A stretch of DNA of 61,874 bases, filler included, from Sphacelaria rigidula (Eukaryota): the NCBI GenBank assembly GCA_964200075.2. It is 10 parts of 10 records of this genome, joined end to end, with 100 filler letters (N's around TTAATTAATTAA, not from the genome) between each part and the next. Parts side by side here need not be neighbours in the genome. Positions count along the whole stretch, not along the records: positions 18,595 to 24,692 come from CAXNAA020022241.1; positions 24,793 to 30,889 come from CAXNAA020022242.1; positions 30,990 to 37,086 come from CAXNAA020022243.1; positions 37,187 to 43,283 come from CAXNAA020022244.1; 6 more parts are not named here. The stretch is one strand, 5' to 3'. The notes below the pieces were generated by a model that searched no databases, was not told the DNA's origin, and saw nothing but the letters and a program-made list of their open reading frames with translations. The position numbers and the translations under genes were made by a program. Of the stretch, positions 23,793 to 37,631 are shown in pieces. The number at the start of each line of letters is the position of its first letter. The stretch's first letter is position 1.

Positions 23793-24630
23793 TTCGCCTT
23801 GCCATGTCGTTTTGGAGGCGTGGCATATTGTAGGTCGGGATGATCTGGTTCTGGAACTGTGGTGCCCTTGTTCGAACACCTTTGTGTCGACAGACAAGAT
23901 GATCCAAGCGCATTGGTACGGGCGTTTTTTTATCCGTTTCGACAGTTGGCTCGACCAACTGCCATAGCCCGCCGTACGGTATTTGTGAAGACCCCACATT
24001 GACGTTTTACATCCATCAACCCACCTGAAATTGGTGACCGGGTGAAGTACTTGAGGTCGTGTGTGTGTTCATCGTATCGAGTGGTGAGTTGCGAATATCC
24101 CGCAACTTCACCCTTCCGTCCTCGTTTGGCTCGACACTTCTGGAGAACTGAGACCACGATGTAGTGTTTCCCTCCACTGTCATCCATTTTGTGCTGAGAT
24201 GCTCATTGCACTTGCTCCTTGCTAGCTGTGAGAGTCTCAGTCACCTTCTTCTCTTGCTCATTGTTTTGGTTTTTCTTGTTTTTGTTCTTGCGTCTCTCCG
24301 ATCTTCACGGAAGCCACCACCACAGGCGGTTCTAGTGGCCTGTCGGACCCGAGACGACCCGTCCCTTTCCAGCCCAACATTTGCGAAAACGGATGACTGA
24401 TACCCCAAGGGCGTCCTCAGTAAATGTTACTTACGTAACCGGCTGTGTGTTCGACATTTGTGCCAACAGATGGCCGATACCCCAAGGGCTTCCTCAGCAA
24501 ATTGTCATGTGTCGGTGTCCATTATCCTTTTTCTTCTCTCGTTTCTTTTGTTTTTTCTCGTTTTTGTACCTGCGTCTCCACGACCTTCACGTCCTCGTGA
24601 ATCGTTGGATCCGAGACACGGAAGGAAAGT

Positions 24631-24692
24631 AATGAGCGCCAGAATGTTGGAGGTGTCTCTATTAGGAGTAGGAACGGTGCTCCGTCTCGAAA
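24631..24692 (+). repeat. 5'-truncated LINE ORF end (NERQNVGGVSIRSRNGAPSR) cut by the contig end
   Basis: Matches the reverse complement of 46040-46090. Confidence 0.8.
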
Positions 24693-27600
24693 NNNNNNNN
24701 NNNNNNNNNNNNNNNNNNNNNNNNNNNNNNNNNNNNTTAATTAATTAANNNNNNNNNNNNNNNNNNNNNNNNNNNNNNNNNNNNNNNNNNNNCCCAATGT
24801 GTAAATGGTAGCAAGGAAACCATCAATACCTTGGGAGCGACGAGTCCCGAAACAGCATACCAGATCAATGTGTTGGCTCGTGTTGGGAGATGCCACCAAC
24901 GCACAAGCTTCCTGCAGTCATCGCCTTCGTTCGCTCGTCCATTTGCTACGCGCACAGGCTCCCGCGGCATACGCCGAGACCGAGAGGGATAAGAGCGAGG
25001 GCGTTTGGGCCTCCCGCCTCCGCAGCCGACGGGGTGGCGACGGTGGCGGCAGTGGCGGCGGTGGCGGTGGCGGTGGATCGGGATCCACCGCTGCCGCCGA
25101 CACATCCCCTCCTCCGTGCTAACGCACGGGCGGGGGGGAACACACCAAAACGGAGAAAATTCGAGTATCTTGACGGCGACGAAGCGTACGGGAGGTCTGC
25201 AACAGAGAGAGGGTGTCGGGTTGTAGCGGGTATACGACGTGGAGGTGAGACGATCCAGTGGGCTCATCAAATTGGTTGGCAAGGCTACATGGAGCTATAC
25301 AGGCAATGTGCCGACCTGAATCATCAGGCTAAGGTGGTGATGATACTTAGACGGTGGGGTCATTTCGAAATGAAATGAGACAAGAGAGCAAAAATAGGCC
25401 ACCGCCAAGGGGAATATAAGGCACATGGTGTCAAGGAAAGCGGCACGGGCGTAGCTTGTACGTGCCGCTAAAGTAGTTGTGCGCTCCTGTACGGTTTGGG
25501 TTCGCACTAGACCTTCTGGTACGGGCTAGGGTAAGAGCGGCTGGCGAGCCGTGTGTCTACACTCGAACCGCGCCGTTACTAAATATTGCACGGGACTGGG
25601 AAGACTCCATGTTGAATGTAATTTGTACAAGGGTTTTGGAGATGCAGCAGGAAGCATGCATTTCGGCAGGTGTAGTAGATCATGACCCATATTCCGTCAG
25701 CAACACATCTCTGTGAGGAGCCGGGTTCACTGATTCGCAGAACGTTTTGGGGTGGGTGATAATTCTGCTTCTGCATCAGAAGAACTTATTTCGTCGCCTA
25801 TTTTCAAAGAATATTTTTGCTCGTTGCGTTGTTGTGCTTCAGCATTTTTTCTGTGCTGGAGGAAGCTATGGAGCGACAGCATGAGCGATGAAGCGATGGC
25901 GCCAGTTTCCCTTGGCTAGGCACGCGCGAACAGCCCGACGGTGCCAATCGGCGCACGGTCGACACGGCGGTCATGCACGGGTTGCTAGAGTACGCAAGGG
26001 ACGTGCGAGGCGGCCGGTAAGTGCTCTTCAACACTAGATGTAGGCTCTTGTCACATGAAAAGTTGTTGAGGCGAGGTAGGGGGAAAACGTGTACACCTGC
26101 AGCTGTTCCCAGTTTACAGCACCGGAAAGTTATATGATTTTGTGCTGTCGTATGCATGTCGCTTGTTTTTGCGACTGCAGTTAGAGCGCGAGTATTCGGC
26201 AATTTCGGCGCTGTGTGAGCTGACACACCTATCATGGCCAGCAGCGCCTTATTCGATTTGTCAATACGCATCACGGTGCGTTTTCCGACAGGGTGTTGCC
26301 GTACACATTGCCTGCGGTTGGGTGTGGTATCGGCTTTTACTTCTTTGTCAAGGAGGTTGACCCTGCATTCGTGAGATAAGCTGTGGCGTACGCAATGGGA
26401 CCTATTAACGGATTCTTGAGTAATTTTTTGTGAATTAATATTCGTGCAAGTGATGTGGGTGCATGCCAGCCCAACCCAAATGGACCCTGCAAGCGCCTTT
26501 GCCAGGACCCTGACTTCGGCGAGGCTTTGTCACTTGACCGGCGTCACACCTTCCTGTTTCACGCGTCGATGCTCCTGGAGGAGTTTATGATGTGGTCGCG
26601 CGTGCGTTGGGTTGCTGAAGAGTTGAATTATCTATTGTGGTACCGATCACGTTGGATCCGTCGATGCAGGTCACCATGTATGAAGTCATTTTAAAGTGTG
26701 CTCCGTGCTGCTCAGCTCACAATGTGCCATTTTAGGAAAGATAAATACTGGTTGACCAATTGTCGTTAGACTTTGGGACAACGATGCCTCTGTTGGGGAT
26801 ATTTGTTCCATGTCTAGCAGTTTACATGACCTCGAGGAATCATGCGTGTCTTTTCTCGGTTCAGCTCAAACCGCGGTGAGCCTGCAAATGTGATAGTCAT
26901 GACTGGAACGCGCATATCCTGTCCTATCGATTCATGCTCTTCACTCGTATTCAGGGGATGGAATTGACGTGTCTCTTTCCCAAACACCCATCACCCAGGG
27001 GGCTGCTACCCGACGTACTTTCCATTTTCTGCCGGACTAGAATGTAAATGAACACGCTGGAGGCATTACAGGAACACGCACCCCTCAAGGTCGTACGCTG
27101 TCCCCCCGCAATACTCATGGGTGCATTTCATCCAAAGACGACTCTCGATGGTGTCTTGAGAAACATGGAAACACGAGGAACCAAGGCAGCAGCCACGCCA
27201 ACCACAGAGTTTGCCATCTTGCGCATGAATTGGTCACGAATTTTCGGTCGAACCTTTACGTGGTGTTTGCAACACGGGAATCAACCCCGTTAAGGCAAAA
27301 GTTACGTCAGCTCCCATGAATCCGATAGCGTAGGCTCGTTTTCCGGGGTGAGATGTTTGATCAGCTGCTTGTAATACATCGAACCGGACGAATTGGGTGT
27401 ACATGCGATCGTGACGCAGTGACTGAAGCATCCATGCGACAATTCTCGCCTCGGAAGGGGCGTCTCCACTGTAGTTCCAGTCGGATTTAATCTCAGTTTA
27501 CATATTGCACCAACTGTTGTCGAAAGGGTATGACCTACCTAACCGTGGAAGTCTCTCTCGGCTTAATTTGTCTCTTTCCCATTTTTTGCACTGCAGTAAC

Positions 27601-28669
27601 GGTCTCGTCCTGCGTGGTTACGGCAGTCGGCTCGGCGAGCAACCTGGAGCATGCGATTCGAGAGTCGTCACGGGCTGAGAGGTAGCCTACGTTTGATGGT
27701 GTGCTGGTGTACCCTTAACATGTAGGACTTGGCTGACATCGGGGGCTGTCACAACTAGTTAATCGGTGTTGGCTGCATGTCTTCACATCATGGGTGTTAT
27801 GTCGAGAGTCCAGAACACATGATTCACAACTAAACGAAGATGCAAGTAAGACCAGGACTCGTGGAACGTCTATTTGCTGGCCTCAATGCCCCTCCTCCGT
27901 GGTATCAACGGCGGTATTGTTCCAAGCCTGCTACAGGCGGTGCCGAGGTACTGGTCGGATTTCGCCGGCTGGTGGTTCGTGGTTTCATTTCGAGCAGCCC
28001 ATCAACCGCTGCTATAGTCTTTTGTGATAAAAATATCCACCGTATCCCCATCGTTTAGTCCGTCTTTCGTAACTTGTCGGTGTCGTCCCGATATGCTGCT
28101 TGTCAACAGCAACGTCGCGGGGCCGTGAGCTTCTGCAGCTGAACGAGGTACGGGACATGAGAGAACGACAGATCAACGTGGTGCAGCATGCGGCCCTACT
28201 TCGTCCTTCACGCACAGAAAAGCTATCCTGGATTACTGGTCAAGCCGCCGTCGCAGCCTTGTCTAGGTTTAGTTGATTCCTTCTCCAGCTTTCCGCCTCG
28301 GGGGTGCGGCCTTGTGCGTACCGTTTCCTCTCGCGTGATGAAGGTTGGTCGTGTGGGGCAGTAGCGTCTCTCTCCCAACTCCTTGATGATGTGCCACTTT
28401 CATTACTGTGATCCATCGTCGCAAATGTATGTAGTGCCGTCGTGATGACCTTCTGAGGACAACATGTCAGCTCGAACACTCCGATTCGGGTCGTTTGTTT
28501 TCCGGGTTTCCTTTATGTGGAAACTTTGAGCGGGTGTGGGACTGTGCCTAGCAACTTGTCGATACCTGTATGCGTGGTGGCCGCGGTTTGGCTTAGAGTA
28601 GTCGCTCATGTTTTGTTTGACATGGGTACGGTTTTTTGAGAAGGGGGTATGATGCGGCTGGCTTGAGTC

Positions 28670-28970
28670 AGCTCAATGGTGGTGGATGGGGGGGTGTCGG
28701 GGGAAAGGAAGATAGGGCCAGCGGATGGGAGGAGGGTGGGAAATACCATAAGGAGGAGGGTGGCAGTACGGTTGGCGGCTCGGGATGAAAGCGCGGGGAA
28801 AGGAAGCTTGAGACCGGGGCAGGAGGGAAGTGTCGATGGGGGAAGGAAGGGGGGAGTACAATGGAAGGAGGGTGGGAGTACATGAGAGGAGGGTGGAAGT
28901 TCAGGGGGAGGGAGGGTGGAAGTGAGGGAAGAGAGGGGGCGGAGGATTGGTGGAGGAGGATCGGGGTTGT
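28670..28970. repeat. Purine/G-rich low-complexity tract
   Basis: Dense GGA/GGG runs on the + strand. Confidence 0.7.
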
Positions 28971-30989
28971 AGGAAGGGTCATCGTACGGCTCTCACTCAA
29001 GCCAGTCGCCAGAGAAGGTTTTCGGGTGCTAGGAGGCTTCCATAAATCTCCATAGCGGAACACATCCTCGTACAGGAGATCATCAGCAGAAAGATGCCGT
29101 GGATGCCCTAATTGGATTGTGCAGGTTCAAGTTTCATGCTTGCACGACTATAGTACAAAAATAGTACATAGATTGTGACGATGGACCACAGAAACAAAAA
29201 GTGACGCACAAATTACAAAAGGGAGATGAGAGAGCTTACCACCCCACATGACCACCTCTTCACCGAGGGGAACTCGGACCCTTTGGGGCCCGCCCATTGG
29301 CAAGCTCAGGCAGAATCGGTCTAACCCGTTGGGCGGAATGCGATGACAGTCTTGGTATCCAGGTACAGCAGCTGTCTCGTGGTCTACGCGAATGCCCGCG
29401 CACTTGCAAGCATCTGCTGACGCCGCTTTTCAACAGCGGCTGCGGGCGAATCAACGTGCATGCCTGATCGGCGTTCGGCGAGTGTGTGCGGCGTTGTGCG
29501 ACGCGTGGACAGCACGAGACGGTAAGCGTTATTGTAAAACTGGACAGATGTGTTGTGTTTCGTGCGTTCTCAGAGTTTTTGTTTTTTCTAGGAGAGGACA
29601 CTGACCTTTCACGAAATACAGGAAGGCGTGTTGAGTTATGTCGACACATTGGGTTTGGGCAAGAGGAACCACAGATCAATTGCGCATGATGACTTGACGT
29701 ACAATGTCTTCGGCTTGTTGGCGTTGCAGTTCCCCGGCATTTTGATACAGCTGTCGCGATAAGAGCACCATTTCTCGTCGCCTTTGGCTGCTAGTGCGCT
29801 CTGTGGCGCGCCGAAAGGCGGAAAAATGAAGCACATTGGCTGTCCTCCTCGTGCCATGGCTCGCTCTTGCTGCTGCAGGCGCTCTCAAGGTTCACCCGGC
29901 GGACTGGTAGCGGAGCCTAGCCGGAAGTCTCGGTGCGTGCAAGCCTGATGTATCGTCGGGTTTCCGCGGTGCCCACGCGAGATGAGCGAGCTGCGGTGGT
30001 TGTACGCAATGCACGCACGAAGTGAGATGGTGCGCGAAATGTCAAAAACATCCTGCCGTCTTGGTTCCCGACTGTGCTTGTTTATGAAGAGGCATCCTGT
30101 TGACTCCCCGCCTTCTTTTGGATCATGTCCAATTGATTTGTGTCGTCATTCAGTTGGCCGTGAACTAGTTTCTCGTCTTGAAGATACGGTGGCATGTTAT
30201 TGCTAGTCGCGGACGCTCCATTTCCCCCTGCCTGTCGTTTTCCACAGCGTTATTTGTCACATATCATCCCAGCAGCCAGCAAACCTCAGCCAAATGCATC
30301 ATGATGGCTGTCGCCCTTGTCCGGTGATGTATAATTTCTTCGATAGGTGCTCGAGGCGCATCTTCTGGGACTGGGGCAGACCTCTCCATGCTGGCACGCC
30401 TGCGTTACTAACAGGCGTTACGTCGGGCATGGTATTCGAATTATTCCGTTTTGGTGTGGGTAATGGTAAGGACAGGGGTGGCAATGACCATGGTATTGGT
30501 GATAATGACCATGGTAATGGTAGTGATAATGAGATCAAAAATGGTAATGGTAACGACAAGGGAGGGAGTGGTATGGGGATCTTCGTATTTTTTCGCCTGT
30601 GTGCGTGCCTTTGGCGGTGCGAGAGTTTCCCGCTGCCCCGTGTCGCATGTTTAGGGGCCTCTTGGTAGTGTGCAAGGCAGAGTGGGAGCAGTGTCTTTTT
30701 ATCTGCTGTCGTGTGACATTTTTGGGTCGGTTACTGAACATGAGGTGGAGGTGTGACTTGGGGAGCAAGGACTATACCGTTAATGTCACGACGGGATCGT
30801 CATGACGTGGGGGGGAAGGTCCTTCATGTGAATGCTCTCCCAGAATGAGTTGCGCGCAACCAGAAAAGGGGATGCGTCAGCAGAGGTAANNNNNNNNNNN
30901 NNNNNNNNNNNNNNNNNNNNNNNNNNNNNNNNNTTAATTAATTAANNNNNNNNNNNNNNNNNNNNNNNNNNNNNNNNNNNNNNNNNNNN

Positions 30990-31505
30990 CACCATTTAAA
31001 CACTACGTGGAACGGCCATCCCCATTGTGCGGAGTTGAGGTTTTCCCACGCCGCACAACATGATCTAGCTCGACTACCATCATGGTTACCGCAAAAAAAA
31101 CGGAAGCGCGCAAAAAAGGAAAACGGTAACCTGGTTGCCTAGCTCCCGTAGTGAGTGGCGTGTTTTACAGCGTCATCGCCAACCGACGCCAACCCCTTGG
31201 GGGTCCGCCCCTACAAAGCCGGGACGGAGCACGCCCGATTGTCGCCGGACCATCATCTGTTGCTCGCCTTAGTCATTCGACTGTTGACCACGCATCCCTT
31301 TCGACACGAAGCATCGTTCCTACTCTTTACAGAGACCTCCAAAATTCCGGCGCTCACTACTTTTCCTCCGTACATGACACAAGAACCTGCTACACATCCT
31401 ATCCCCGTCCTGTTTCGCCGTCTGTGGCCACCATCCATCTCCTAGTATAGCCATCGTTTTCTCCGTACTGTCGAATGTATCAAACAAATTATACCGCCTT
31501 CGCTC
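30990..31505 (-). mobile_element. 5'-truncated LINE copy (ORF end plus 3' UTR)
   Basis: Collinear with 45730-46245; encodes ILGDGWWP...RKGCVVNSRMTKASNR*. Confidence 0.88.
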
Positions 31506-32849
31506 TCCTGCCCAAAATATGCCCGTGTTGTAGCCCGCCCGAAAGTCACCGGGTATACCTGTTTGGCTTTACAGTCCCACTGACCTCAGACCCTCTATTG
31601 GCATGCTGTATTCTATGTGCGTGGGTACGCACATCATGAGCGAGGAAGGAGTAGAATCTACCAGAGCAAGAAAGGGGTGCATGCCCGTGACAAAATACAA
31701 GCACCGGGCTAACAAACACAGCCGGAAAGTCCACAGCGTGATCACATTCCAAGCCCTGCCCCGCTGCTGGTTGGTGCTGATAACCTGCGTGCGCCACGCA
31801 CGGTCACCAGTTCAACAGGTCCGTCGCTCCTGAAGAGGGACATCATTCCACGACCCTTGGCTGCAGGGATGGATGGCTGTCTCTCTTTACCTAAGGTATA
31901 TCTGTCTGACTGACGGCGGCATCTTCGCGCTTCTGGACCCGCACTCGTGGCGGTGCGTCTATTTTGATTTGATTGATGCATTGATTGTCGTACTTTAACT
32001 GACCCCCCAGGCCTGTGAAAGTTGTAATCTGCTACTTACATCCAGCGGATCTCGCGGATGCATGGTCCTGGGTTCCTCGTTGCCCCATGGTTAGAATTGT
32101 CTATATAAAGCACTGTTGCCCAGATCCTCCCAAACATTAGTCCGTGTGAACACACGCGTGCGTGTACTGGGAAAACCCGTGAGGGATAAACCAGTGGTGT
32201 ATTTGTAGACCAAACCTCGTGTATGAGATTTATGTCATCTATCTTTGATGGAAAGGCGGTGGGAGATTGATTTGACAAAAGAAGTAGCCGCAGTGAAAGT
32301 CGAGTTGGAAGCAGGTGATCACAAAACACATGCACCCATGAACACATAGCCAGAACACCCTTGGAACACACACATGGAAGACTCGTCGCTGTTATGTATA
32401 GAACTCATCAAAAACAGAGGTGAAAAATGGACTAATCAAACTAGTCGAAACATCAAACATATTCTCCGCAACAGTCTGTCTCATCACCGTCAATGTTCTC
32501 ATCACTACATTTAAAAGGGCACTGGTGTGACATCCAACTCCACGGATCGAACAAAATCGACCTTGAATATATTTCACCACACGGGGGTGTTATTTTCCAT
32601 CATACGCGATATGGAAACTGGCGATCATGATTCTTTCGGCGGAGAGAAGAACGAAATGAGGAGCTGAGTATCTTGGCACATGGTCATAGCCTACCCTTGC
32701 ATCACTCACGTCTTCATATTGCACTCAGACGCCGGGAAGCACAGCGCGACACACGATAGGCCACCGCACAGTACGGTGATAAATTTATGGTGGCAGAAAA
32801 GATCAACATGTGTCCCGCTTGCTGTGGTTTGCGCTAATTTCACATGTAG

Positions 32850-33490
32850 TCGGGGTGTCGTGTCTTGTGCCTTTCATGCACTTCTTGCTTCTCGATGGCC
32901 TCCAGATCACGAAAGAGCATGTTGCCACAATTGCACCCACCACGGAAGAGGTAGACCAGCACCGCTCTGCATATCTACCTCTCTTCCCGCTATTGATCTC
33001 CATGGAAGAGCGCGACGAGTGGATGGCAGTGGTGAGCATGCCATACGATGAACGCGTCGAGATGTGCCGCCAGCTGGAAGACCCCAAGTTCAACTTCATC
33101 TGCGAGACCATGCTTGCGAAGGCGAGAAGCAAACGCCTGGACAAAGCTGTCGTCCAGCAACTGAAAAAAGATCTTGCTGGTTATTTCAGCCTGGATGTAT
33201 GCACCGACGACGATCTGAGCTTAGTGGGGAAACTGAGGATACCCAACCTGCTTGTATCACCACAGCAGTGGACAAGAATGGAGGAAGCGTTCAGTGCGAT
33301 TGGGGCGAGGGCAGGCAGCGCGGTGATCAAGTTTCCCGCGAAGATGGACTCCGGAGTCGGGGGGATATCTCAGTGTCGGATCGCCCATGGGACCAAGTGG
33401 ATGCGGGATTCGACGTTTGTGGGGGATGTCAGCGTTGACGGGACGCTGGAAGTGCGGAAGAGGAGCTGGTGGTATATGGGCATGGGCAAG
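32850..33490 (+). CDS. Large exon (213 codons) of an unknown protein; left arm of the palindrome
   Basis: Open globular-looking frame, ctaat..catgtag acceptor, AAG|gtatga donor, and a diverged paralog on the opposite strand. Confidence 0.5.
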
Positions 33491-33954
33491 GTATGAAGCA
33501 CGCGAGCAAGACCGCAGTAGATCGAGATCTCCGTGCGGGGGATTTATCAAGCAAGTTGGACAACATCTACTGTCAAGATGACGCTGGCCTTCTGTGGGGT
33601 CGACCTGTCTGCTGTAATTACTGCGTTTGTAATCCACAAAATACAGTCCAGGCAACAGTCTTACACAACAAGATATGCTCACCCTGCAGTTTCAGGTGTG
33701 CGGCAGAGAGACAAGTAGTCGTTTCTTCTCCTTTCTTTGCTGCACACCTTGAACTGAAGGATGGGCATATACTGACACGAAAGACTGTTAACTGGACTGC
33801 ACTTTGTTGAAAATGAACGCAGCAATCACAGCAAAGAGGTCGACCCCACAGAAGGCCAGCGTCAGCTTGACAGTAGATCTTGTCCAACTTGCTTGATGAA
33901 TCCCCTACACAGAGATCTCGATCTGCCGCAGTCTTGCTAGCGTGCTACATACTT

Positions 33955-34611
33955 TACTTTACCCTCGCCCATGGACCACCGCCTCCTCTTCCGCACTTCA
34001 AGCGTCCCGTCAACGCTGACATCCTCCTCTTTTTAGTGGTGACAAATGTCGAATCCCGCTTCCACTTGGTCCCATGGGCGATCCGACACTGATATATCCC
34101 CCCGACTCCGGAGTCTATCTTCGCGGGAAACTTGATCACCGTGCTGCCTGCCCTCGCCCCAATCGTACTGAACGCTCCCTCAATTCTCGTCCACTACTGT
34201 GGTGATACAAGCACGTTGGGCGAGCCCATTCTTGCCAGTATGTTCAGATCCTCCTCGGTGCACATGTCCAAGATGTAATAAGTGGCTAGGTCTGTTTTCT
34301 TTTGCTGAACGACTGCCTCGACCATCCGTTCGCCCTTGCCCTAGCAGGCATGGTCTCGTAGATGGAGACGAAATTGGGGTCTTTCATCTGGTGGCACATC
34401 TCGACGCGTTCGTGCCATGGCGTGCTCACCACTGCCACCCACTCTTGACGCTTTTCTGTGGAGAGCGTTAGCGGGAAGAGAGGTAAAAATACAGAGCGGT
34501 GCTGGTGTACCTCTTCCGTGGCGAGTTGAATTGCGGCAACATGCTGTCTCGGCATCTGGAGACCGTTGGGAAGCAAGAAGTGGATGGATACCAGAAGACA
34601 CGACACCCGAC
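33955..34611 (-). pseudogene. Frameshifted paralogous copy of exon 32850-33490
   Basis: VSCLLVSIHFLL..HVAAIQLATEEVHQHRSVFLPLFPL and IKFPAKIDSGVGGIYQCRIAHGTKW lie in separate, interrupted ORFs. Confidence 0.7.
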
Positions 34612-36149
34612 AGTGCTGATCTAAATGGCTGTAAGGCACCGTGTATCGTTGCATACGTACCATCACCTACTCTTCACATGCACGAACAATGAATACCCAC
34701 TCGCCGAACTACGCACGTGCGTCTTTTACGAAGCTTCCACTGACCTCGCTGCGCGTTGTTGCTGTACAATAGCTAGGGCCGTGAACCAGCGGCTCTGGTC
34801 AGTTAGTTTGTAACCGGCCAAGCCAACGGCTAGTCAAGCAATGTTTTGCGAGTTGATTGGTTCAAATCAATACGCCGAGTGCCCAAGCCGCTACCTCCAA
34901 CGCCCCCGCCTCTGGCTGTTGTGGCAGCCCAGAGCGCCGCCAGAGAGAAGGAAAAATGCGGCATTTGGCTTGTTTTCCGTTCAAAAATCGTGGTACGCTT
35001 GTCAAGAATGTGAGCCTTCACATGAAGGAGAGAGACACACATGGCATAAACGTTCATGCTACGTGATGAGCGATATGAAAATTGGTCATAGTATGCAGCA
35101 GCAGAGCATCTGCATCGGACGTGTAGAATGGAAACAAGTCAAGGTTGACAGCAAGTGCGGGAAAGAGCGAAGTATCCTCCATATCCTGAACGGAAAACAC
35201 GCAAGACGTTGAGTAGCGTGCCATGTTGTATTGTGCATTTGGGGGTTGCGGATTTCCGTTTGTTATCTCTATTTTTGGGTATGCCATGAAACGACAAACC
35301 CTAGCATACATTTCCCCACCCAGTCACCTCGAGGTATGGTGATCACGTGCTGCATCATGTTCAGAACGTTGTTCGTCATGCATCATGCAACGGGCAATTG
35401 GTGATGAGGGTTTGGCGTTACGCGACCCACATCAAGCGTCTCACCATATTCAAGTCATGCTTCTCTTCTATTTTCTTTATCCATCACTCGATTGACCAGC
35501 CGTCAACCTGCACGCTATGGTTGTCACAGGTAAGACTGCAGATTCACGAGGTACCAACGGAGCAGACGGAACAAAACCAATATAATGGTGAGAACATATT
35601 TGCTATTCGATCACCATAGTAAAATCGGTGTGACCTATAGCCGGTGACGGCAGAATCCGAATAAACTCGATGACTTGTCGCCAGTTCGAGTTTAGTCCCA
35701 GTTCCCGTTTAAGCTGCGATATCAACTGGTCCAGTTCACAGCTCTAACGATATATGAAGCTGCACATGAAATCAGATGCATCAGCACGTACGAGCGAGCG
35801 AGGTGAGAAGGGAGATGGACAAGAAGGGCAAGTGTGCTCTACACTTGTCCCACCACACGACACAGTTTGGTACACTCGGGGCAATACGCTTCTCGAAGAA
35901 GTACAGCACGGCACAATCAGTACTGTAGTCTTGTACGGTACACTTGCATGCTGTCACGTCCAACGACCAGGCCCCGTCTACATCAATGCTACCGTAGCTC
36001 GCTCTCTATTTGTAGAAGAAGCAGCCCAAGGTCGCGCACTGCCGTACAAAAACAGCACAGTCGGTTTCGTGTGAGGTGTGTGCATCGGTGTACACCACCT
36101 GTATCGATCAGGCGCCTAGTCGTCGCATGGGAGCATTATTCTGGGTGAA

Positions 36150-36153
<4 letters not shown>

Positions 36154-36185
<32 letters not shown>

Positions 36186-36190
36186 ACTGC
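36154..36190. repeat. (CTG)n microsatellite
   Basis: Direct reading. Confidence 0.95.
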
Positions 36191-36759
36191 TTCATTCAAT
36201 CTGTTCGTTTACCGCCTGCGTTTTCGTCTGTGGGTTAGCCTATTCGCTGGCGGGTGCCGAGCTTGTCCCTACCGACATTTTTTGGCGTTGCCGTTCTACG
36301 CCTCACAAAATCGACTGATTTCGTCCCGCAAAAAACAAACGTGCTACGTAGCAGCCACCGATGTCCTCTCGTATGGTCCATCTCACCGAGAGAAGATCCT
36401 CAAGGAAGAAATTTCATTTCGTACGTGGTTGTGACAGTTGATGTTTTCAGTCTTTGTGATTCATTGAAGGCTGGTGCTGATGCTCAACGTCCTTTCAAAC
36501 AATGCCTCAAAAATATTCATCATTCAGAGACTACTTTTTGTGAGCACGGAAAAACAACCCGTTGAACATGCGAAACGTAGGGTACATTGGCTGGCATTCC
36601 TGGGCTAAGGACAGGGTGAATATGCTATGACGATGCCTCTCGTGTGTTCAGGATTCAGGGACATCGCCATTCGTGAGTAAATGCCTATACAACTATCCGA
36701 AAATAAATCCCTATGCAACAACGAGCTGGGCCAGCCGAGAAGCGATTATGCAGTTTGCA

Positions 36760-37037
36760 GGCCGATTATACGGCCAACACTTGGATTTGGACCCTGAAAT
36801 TTGGTATGGACAATGCGTAGGGCATAATAAAAATAATTACTGGCGCGTACACGAGGATTTTGTTTTTTTTCATGAGTTAGGGGTATTTTACCGATATCTG
36901 AAAACTGAACATTGCCCTTAACTCATGAAAAAAAACAAAAACCCCTTGTGTACGCCAGTAATTGTTTTTATTATGCCCTACCCATTGTCCATACCAAATT
37001 TCAGGGTCCAATCCAAGTATTGGCCATATAATCGGCC
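36760..37037. repeat. Fold-back element: ~125-bp inverted arms and a ~30-bp loop
   Basis: ggaccctgaaatttggtatggacaatg / cattgtccataccaaatttcagggtcc, plus further matching blocks. Confidence 0.93.
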
Positions 37038-37631
37038 GTTTAGTGACAGGGTCAGAAGAAATTCGGAACAGGATTTTGCAGGCCATNNNNNNNNNNNNNN
37101 NNNNNNNNNNNNNNNNNNNNNNNNNNNNNNTTAATTAATTAANNNNNNNNNNNNNNNNNNNNNNNNNNNNNNNNNNNNNNNNNNNNAGGCCATGGCTGCA
37201 GCTATCCCCCTAAATATGTTTCGGGGGGTCGGGAGGGATGAGGCCATCCATATAATATGAAAGTCATTGGTCATTGCTTCAGGTCAGTGAAACCACTGCT
37301 CTTGAGTTTAACCTCATTTTTTTTGTTCAACCTCATTTTTGAGAATCCGCTGCTTGTGCGTTCTTGAGATTTTTCGCACACAGTAGTATATGATGATCTC
37401 GGACGGTAACTGAATGTTATCATGATATATTATAATAACAGCAGTCGAGAATGGGGCAGTAGTAGTACTGTATCGGCTGGCACTCCTAACGACCAGTGAA
37501 TACGGGGAGCGGCGAAGACTACTCAAGTACCAACGGGAACTGATTTAAGTAGACCAAAGTGACAAGGGAAAAGGCTTATATTATGTTGCTGTTGTAGCCG
37601 TCTGGCGGATCATACGCGGTCCTGGGACGCA

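Larger units (their letters stand above)
32849..34611. repeat. ~1.76-kb imperfect palindrome, centre ~33720, almost no spacer
   Basis: ORFs 32810-33496(+) and 34286-34666(-) / 33954-34139(-) are paralogous, and the arms align inward to about 33715/33725. Confidence 0.93.
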
